Source: Nitrospirales bacterium
GTDB lineage: Bacteria > Nitrospirota > Nitrospiria > Nitrospirales > UBA8639
Assembly (NCBI GenBank): GCA_965203295.1
Contig: CBDBCZ010000016.1
Coordinates: 928,001-992,000, forward strand
DNA length: 64,000 nt
Direction of reading: 5' to 3'
Shown: in pieces, positions 58,601 through 64,000 of the stretch
Layout: each line of letters begins with the position of its first letter
Numbering within the stretch: position 1 is the stretch's first letter
Notes under the pieces: model-generated
The model's input: the letters and a program-made list of their open reading frames with translations, nothing else
Database searches by the model: none
Told to the model about the DNA's origin: nothing
Made by a program: the position numbers and the translations under genes

Positions 58601-61600
58601 GCATCAATGATAAGAACAGTTTCATATGTGGATAGCCTCCTGTCAGTTATTGTTTGTATCTGTGTGTAGGTGTCATCGGGGAGAGACAGTGGTTGGCTAT
58701 CCCTCATCCAGGTCACAGCGGTGGCAGGGGAGCCAGTGGAGATACAGGTCAGGTTAGATGACATGTGACCATAGGTGAATCCCAGGTGTGTGATGTTAGG
58801 AGGAGCTGGGAAGGAACAACGTACCCACTCTAATTATGTACTGACAAATAACAAGTACGACTGGATACTTTATATCGAAGTCCAGGTTTTCGTTGTGAGG
58901 GTTAAACAGCTGTGAATTGTGAGTGCATTGCGAGCTCACAAAAATTAGAATGCAATATAAGTATTATGCTCTAGGGCATGTAATGCTAAATCAAAATTTA
59001 TGTAGCACTCACATGCTCCACATAGCATACATTCAACATATACCATACTTACTATTGAATCCACTAGGATATATTCCAACGTTGATGTCCCTCATCTCTT
59101 CACTCTGAAGAGGAATGCGACAGGTATACACCCCCTGATCACCAGCTGTTAGGATATTCTGACTGAGTGCGTTCGCTACTCTTAGTTCCCCAGTCCGTGG
59201 GTGGGAAATTGCAAAGATATCACCAGTAGTAACTGTACTTTCATCTGGTCCAATGAGCATGCCAACATTCCTCATCATTGAGTCAGAGCGACAGAAAAAA
59301 ACGAAATAAAATCCAAATCTGGCTGTACCAAGGGAAATGACAATCCCGTTGTTTGGTAGTGATCTTGGGACTTCAAGGTCACCAGTTGAAGCACCATTGA
59401 ATACATGTACTCCAGCACCTTGAAGGCAATAAATTGCAACATAACTCTTTGATAGCATGGAATTAAGAACTAATGCATGTACATGTACATTAATAGCATC
59501 TTGCTTACCCACAACATCGAAGCTGATTGTTTTACTTCCACTTATCAATCCACTAGTGGCCGTGCAGGTGTGGTTGCCAATGTCACCAGTGCGAACAGCT
59601 GCTCGTGTAACAGATGTTGAATTTGCAGTCTGGAAAGGACAGTCTCTGCAGGTGGATGACCACTGGTAGCTCACAGGATCAGTACCACCCACTGCTGTGC
59701 AAGTGACAGTCACTGGACCAGAGGCTGCTCTGTACTCATTGGGACCCAGCTCAGCACCAGGAGGAGGTATGTAGGAGACAGTTATGCTAACCTCCAGCTC
59801 TGGTAAGAGAGACGTAATGGCCGGTAAATTATTATTGATTCCACATTCTATAGCAGTTGCAGGTAACTATATGTATAGCTACTAGCTACTAGCCTTGTCC
59901 CATGCAAACCCTTGCTTTGCACATTCAGAAGGAACAGTTAGTTATGTTGCTGTGTTTCCAGCTGAATTTCTTTCAAAGGGAAGTTGATACAAGGAAACAA
60001 GTTGTTATTACAAGATAACTTTACTGATTATGTAAGGACATGTTAGGTGTGTATGTGGTCTGCGAAATACAGCAACTTTTCATTCAATCCCTGTTTTGTG
60101 GTCATTTATTTGCTCTCAAAATAAATTAACCTGTCAGAGTTCAGTAACAAAAAAGCGTAAGTGGTTTGGTACAAGATGCGTCACTTAAAATACTTTTGGG
60201 GCCACACAAATCACTTGTCCTCACCAACTGAAAAGTGGAAGGAGAGTCCTGAGCTGTATCTCCAGAACTACGTAAGCTACAAAGTTCCCTTTTTTACATT
60301 ATAAGTAGTTACTTCTGTGCTCTCTGCGAGCACTTATCCCAGCTTCTAGCGCTTTCAGTGTAACAGAATGCTATGCATCCAACTTTGAATGTCACTTTTA
60401 CACCGTTTCCTCGCTTTCTATTTCCTTTAATATTTATTCATAGATTGGGGTTACTGCTAACTTTCCTTGCTGTGCCGTAGATCTTAATGGTATATATATT
60501 ATGTGCTGAAGCACAAAATCTCAGCTGTAAAATCTTTTGCCGCAGGTTGGGCAAAAATCGAAAAACTGGCATTTTGTCGAGAGAGGCATAAACGCACAGC
60601 TGCCCAGGACTGCAGTAACAATCGTACGCTCAAAATAAACTGCCTGTCATACGCTTTTCGTGTTGTATAACACGGATGCGTTGCTGCAAAAGCCATCTTG
60701 CAAAGATATCTCTACATAGTGGCTGTCATAACTGCACATGCTCAATAACTTGATCTTAATTAACATGACAGTAGCAGTGCAGGTATATGTGTCAGAGAGA
60801 GTAGCCCGTAGTGAAGGAATATCTAACGTGATTCCGTACACTCCAGCTACAGCAGGCATTTCAGGGATGAGTCATTGGCTGTGTCTATAGCGGTTGGCCC
60901 TGTATACGTCTCCACATGTTCCTGTGGGCGCTATGGCGACCTAATCACATCGCTCTTAGATATACAGAAGCCATATTACTATGTAAATGCAAAATCGCAT
61001 AATTTCACAGTCGAGTACGATACCTATGTATAGGTTAGAGACCGGATGCGAGTCACTACAAAGTTTTAGAAACCGAGGGGGAGGGGCGTGAATGTTGCAA
61101 TAGTGACTGAGGCGAAGCTGAGGTTACTATTGCAACATTCTCGCCCCGACCACGAGGTTTCAAAACCGAGTAGTGACTCGCATCGGTCTCTAACCGGCTT
61201 AGAGCATGAGTGCAGAGAATGGAGACAGTCCGTCTATCCTTGCTAGTTCGTGGGATCCACCGCCAAGTTGTTTTTGCCCATCTGAGTTTGATCTTGCCAT
61301 GATAAGCCTCCAGAACTGCCCCAAGGCCTAGCCCAAGGCATCACAGTTGTGATTTCTAGCCGTTTGTACAGCTGCCTCAAGTTGTCTTAACTACAGCGGT
61401 ATCGTTTTTGCGCCTCTGTCACTGGCAAACATCCAGCTGGTACTATGATGGCCAAGTATAAGCAACAACAACTGCAGCACTTACCCACTCCATTAGCTTT
61501 CTACCCGCTGTGTAAACGGCTTTGTATATAAATGCTACGCTTACTTCTGTTAGCTTTATGCTACATGTAGTACAATTCAGCATTTGTACATGCCAGATGT

Positions 61601-63025
61601 TCATGATTTATGTAAGGCTTCCCAGGTCTCTATCTGGCAACCGCAGGTCACTAACTGGCAACTTAGTGACCCGCCACTTAGTGACCTGCAGACTACGCTG
61701 CTGCTACTCATTACATCAAAAGGAATTATGCTCTAAGTATAGGATAGAGCCCTCCCTAGAGGGAACTAACCGACTTAAGCGCCTGTGGGAATCAAGAGAA
61801 ACCAAGGAAGTGTTAATTGGGTCGAGGGCGAAGCCGGAGACACAATTAACACTTCTGAGGTTTTCGAGGTTCTGGTGTGCTGTAGTTTCTACGTTATGGT
61901 AGAGGAGGACTGTGCGTTTAACGCTTTCGATTTTGATGGATTTGAACTGAACGTTGACGACTCTGAAGATTTCAAGCTCGGTAACAAAGAAAACAGTAAG
62001 CGGTTTGGATCTCCCCTACCTGAGAATGCAATAGTGCGGGCTATCTGTGAACGAGTAGCTAGTTGCAAAAACACGAAAGGCAACGCACTGGGCAGTCAGT
62101 GTTTTTCAGTCGTGGTGCGATGCTCATAAGGATCAAGGATCCAAGACGTCGATCGATAAGCTAGCAGATCTGTTGCCTTGATGCAAGCCAAGACGAAACA
62201 CTTTACCCCCCAGCCACCCTGATGCAGCTGGTTGTACGAATACGTCACTTTTGAGAGAATGGCCAGCCTAGTGTCTTAATTTTTGGTGTCAAAGACCATC
62301 GCTTTGCACACACTCGTAGTACCCTTGATGCACGAATGAAGACGCTGTTGAAGGAGAGCGTTGGAACAGATGCTAAGCAAGCGCAGCCATTGTCATTGGA
62401 ACAAGAAAATAAGCTATGAAGCCTCACAATTTTTTCGTTGAACAGTGGATGGGGCCTTACCTATGCCGGTACAACTGCAGGCTGTTTGGCCTCCGAGGCA
62501 GAAATGAACATAGATCTTTAGATTTTAATAGCCAGCCAATTGCTTTTAAATGCAGTTTTTTATTGTTTCATTCATACTAAGCGCTTATGTTTAATTGTTT
62601 GTCTCTGTTAAATTACCCTGGACTGACCGGCTGATTTCAAAGGGTCTATTAAACTACCCTGGACTAACCGGCGACTTCAAAGGGCAAGCGGGGGTTTAAC
62701 CTACTTAAACGCCTCGGACTAACCGGAAACCATCAAAGGAATATGCTTATTAATTATTCATGTGTGGTCTAAAGCGATACAGGCATGGATTGGTTAGTTT
62801 CTCGAGCCAACAGTGCCGCAGTGTGCACGTACTCGGCGGTGGCTCGCGAGACTAATATACTGCAGCATGAATACTGTTTTGTATCAGTCAATCTAGCGTA
62901 CTATATACCGTCATCACGCACCACCATAGTAGAGTAGACGCACCATGCTCCATACCTTGAGCTGTTGAAACTTTAAGCAGTACGGAAATAGCCAAAACTG
63001 CCCACACGCCGTGCACCCAACTCAT
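49631..63025 (-). CDS. Receptor-type protein tyrosine phosphatase, paralog B: signal exon 62956-63025, 10 full Ig-type exons ~59800-54097 plus a broken half exon, TM ~53776-53890, PTP D1 plus D2
   Basis: [51 protein letters not shown]1 [19 protein letters not shown]2 VMCNDGMGRTG; C-terminus [11 protein letters not shown]; cytoplasmic exons read in frame. Confidence 0.87.
50735..51354. mobile_element. Ginger-like foldback MITE (TGT..ACA, TATA TSD)
   Basis: tata|tgtttcgcgcgaaccaggaatttgcgcaatcttag ... ctaagattgcgcgacttcctggtttgcgcggaaca|tata; not present in the matching intron of paralog A. Confidence 0.82.
61029..62773 (+). mobile_element. Crypton-like insertion with a decayed DUF3504/ZMYM-type tyrosine recombinase and two long hairpins
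   Basis: Fragments [17 protein letters not shown] (~62065), [29 protein letters not shown] (~62320), [17 protein letters not shown] (~62471); bounds from the paralog A flank gatacctatg^gtgatgtagg. Confidence 0.75.
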
Positions 63026-63225
63026 CTTGAAACCAGCATACACCGACTCGTGGCGTGGATTTGCAGCTGATGCAAATACTGCGACAAATCCTGTCCAGAC
63101 TCCGCCCACTTCTGTAGCCACGTACGTGGGTGCGGTCTGGGCACGAGACTACCACGTGGGTCGATCGCGAACGCGTACGCGTAGTCGTGCGTATGTAGAC
63201 GTCACCTAGCGTACGCGTGTTCAAT

Positions 63226-64000
63226 AGAGCGTTTCGTCTCTGACGCGCTATGACGTCATACGCACGTAGTGGTGTACAGCTGGTGCTCAATTTGAGATAG
63301 TTGCGTACGAGAATCGTTACGTTTGAATGGCTAAGCTCTCTCCTTATGCTGAGAAACTATGTGACGCAGCAAAAAAGAGATACCTGGAGAAGCTAGAGTT
63401 GACAGACAGTGTTGATCCCTTTCTATTAAGTAACCCTGCAAGTCTGAAGAGTTTAACTAACGCTATACCTCAAAGTCTTCCACCTGTCGAGGCCAGTGAC
63501 CTCGTATCCTACCTTGTACTGCAGACTAGTTTTCTGACCCCAAAACAGTTCAAAGCTCACAAATCTCTTGAGGCCTAGCTACAATCAGTTTGTCTGTGGC
63601 TTGGTAAAGGATGTGCGCGCATGGAGTTTTTGGACCTGTGCTATGAGATGTGCATTCCTACGCTCTTGCTGGCAATGAGGGTAGATGTGTATGTGTATGT
63701 ACCTGTTGTATAATAATATTACATTTATGTTATGTAGGTGCGCCACTCCCAGCGATGCAATGAAACACCGCTGAGCTGCTGGATAATCTGCCAAAGTACG
63801 GGTGAAATATGTTGTGCCCATTGCAACTGTATGGCAGGTCTTGGTGAAGTATGCACCCATGTAGCAGCAGTTTTATTTTTTCTGGAAACGTCAGCCAGAT
63901 TGAATGAAAGGAGTACATGCACACAAGAGAAATGCCAATGGGTGGTTCCAGGCTTTCAAAAGGAGATACCGTACTCTCCTGTCAAAGCGATTGACTTTAC
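63226..64000 (+). mobile_element. Second ISL2EU-like element (left end plus SWIM-containing ORF2, frameshifted), cut by the window end
   Basis: at|agagcgttt start; LPPVEASDLVSYLVLQTSF..KSLEA/YNQFV..; VRHSQR..CCAHCNCMAGLGEVCTHVAAVLF..CTQEKCQWVVP. Confidence 0.75.

Noticed and set aside
49631..63025. Paralog B as an uncollapsed allelic haplotype of A
   Set aside because: TM, juxtamembrane, PTP exons and introns differ extensively and TE content differs, favouring true paralogy; read depth would settle it

Overview
Eukaryotic, intron-rich animal DNA; short introns, gene content and repeat style suggest a demosponge (inference, not proven). From left to right: (1) a ~750-bp block holding the last MRPL22 exon (+) and the 3' end of SUMO (-) occurs twice (~30-775 and ~8885-9660). 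The copies bracket ~8 kb with decayed coiled-coil exons and an intronless 577-aa tandem-DED gene. (2) An intact 5-exon SUMO (-) lies head-to-head with WBP4/FBP21 (+), which converges on a GH30 glucosylceramidase (-). (3) Two tandem paralogous receptor tyrosine phosphatases (-; A 26045-48422, B 49631-63025) have Ig-only ectodomains built from a repeated five-exon phase-1 cassette (3 units in A, 2 in B). The units show mosaic relationships and locally variable patches. (4) There are many DNA transposons: an ISL2EU-like element with 72-bp perfect TIRs and an open THAP-DDE ORF, a second ISL2EU-like element cut by the window end, a dead hAT, a Crypton/DUF3504 recombinase relic with GCGAAGC-capped hairpins, and MITEs. 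The paralogous RPTP provides empty sites for several insertions. All calls are by eye; no database searches were run.
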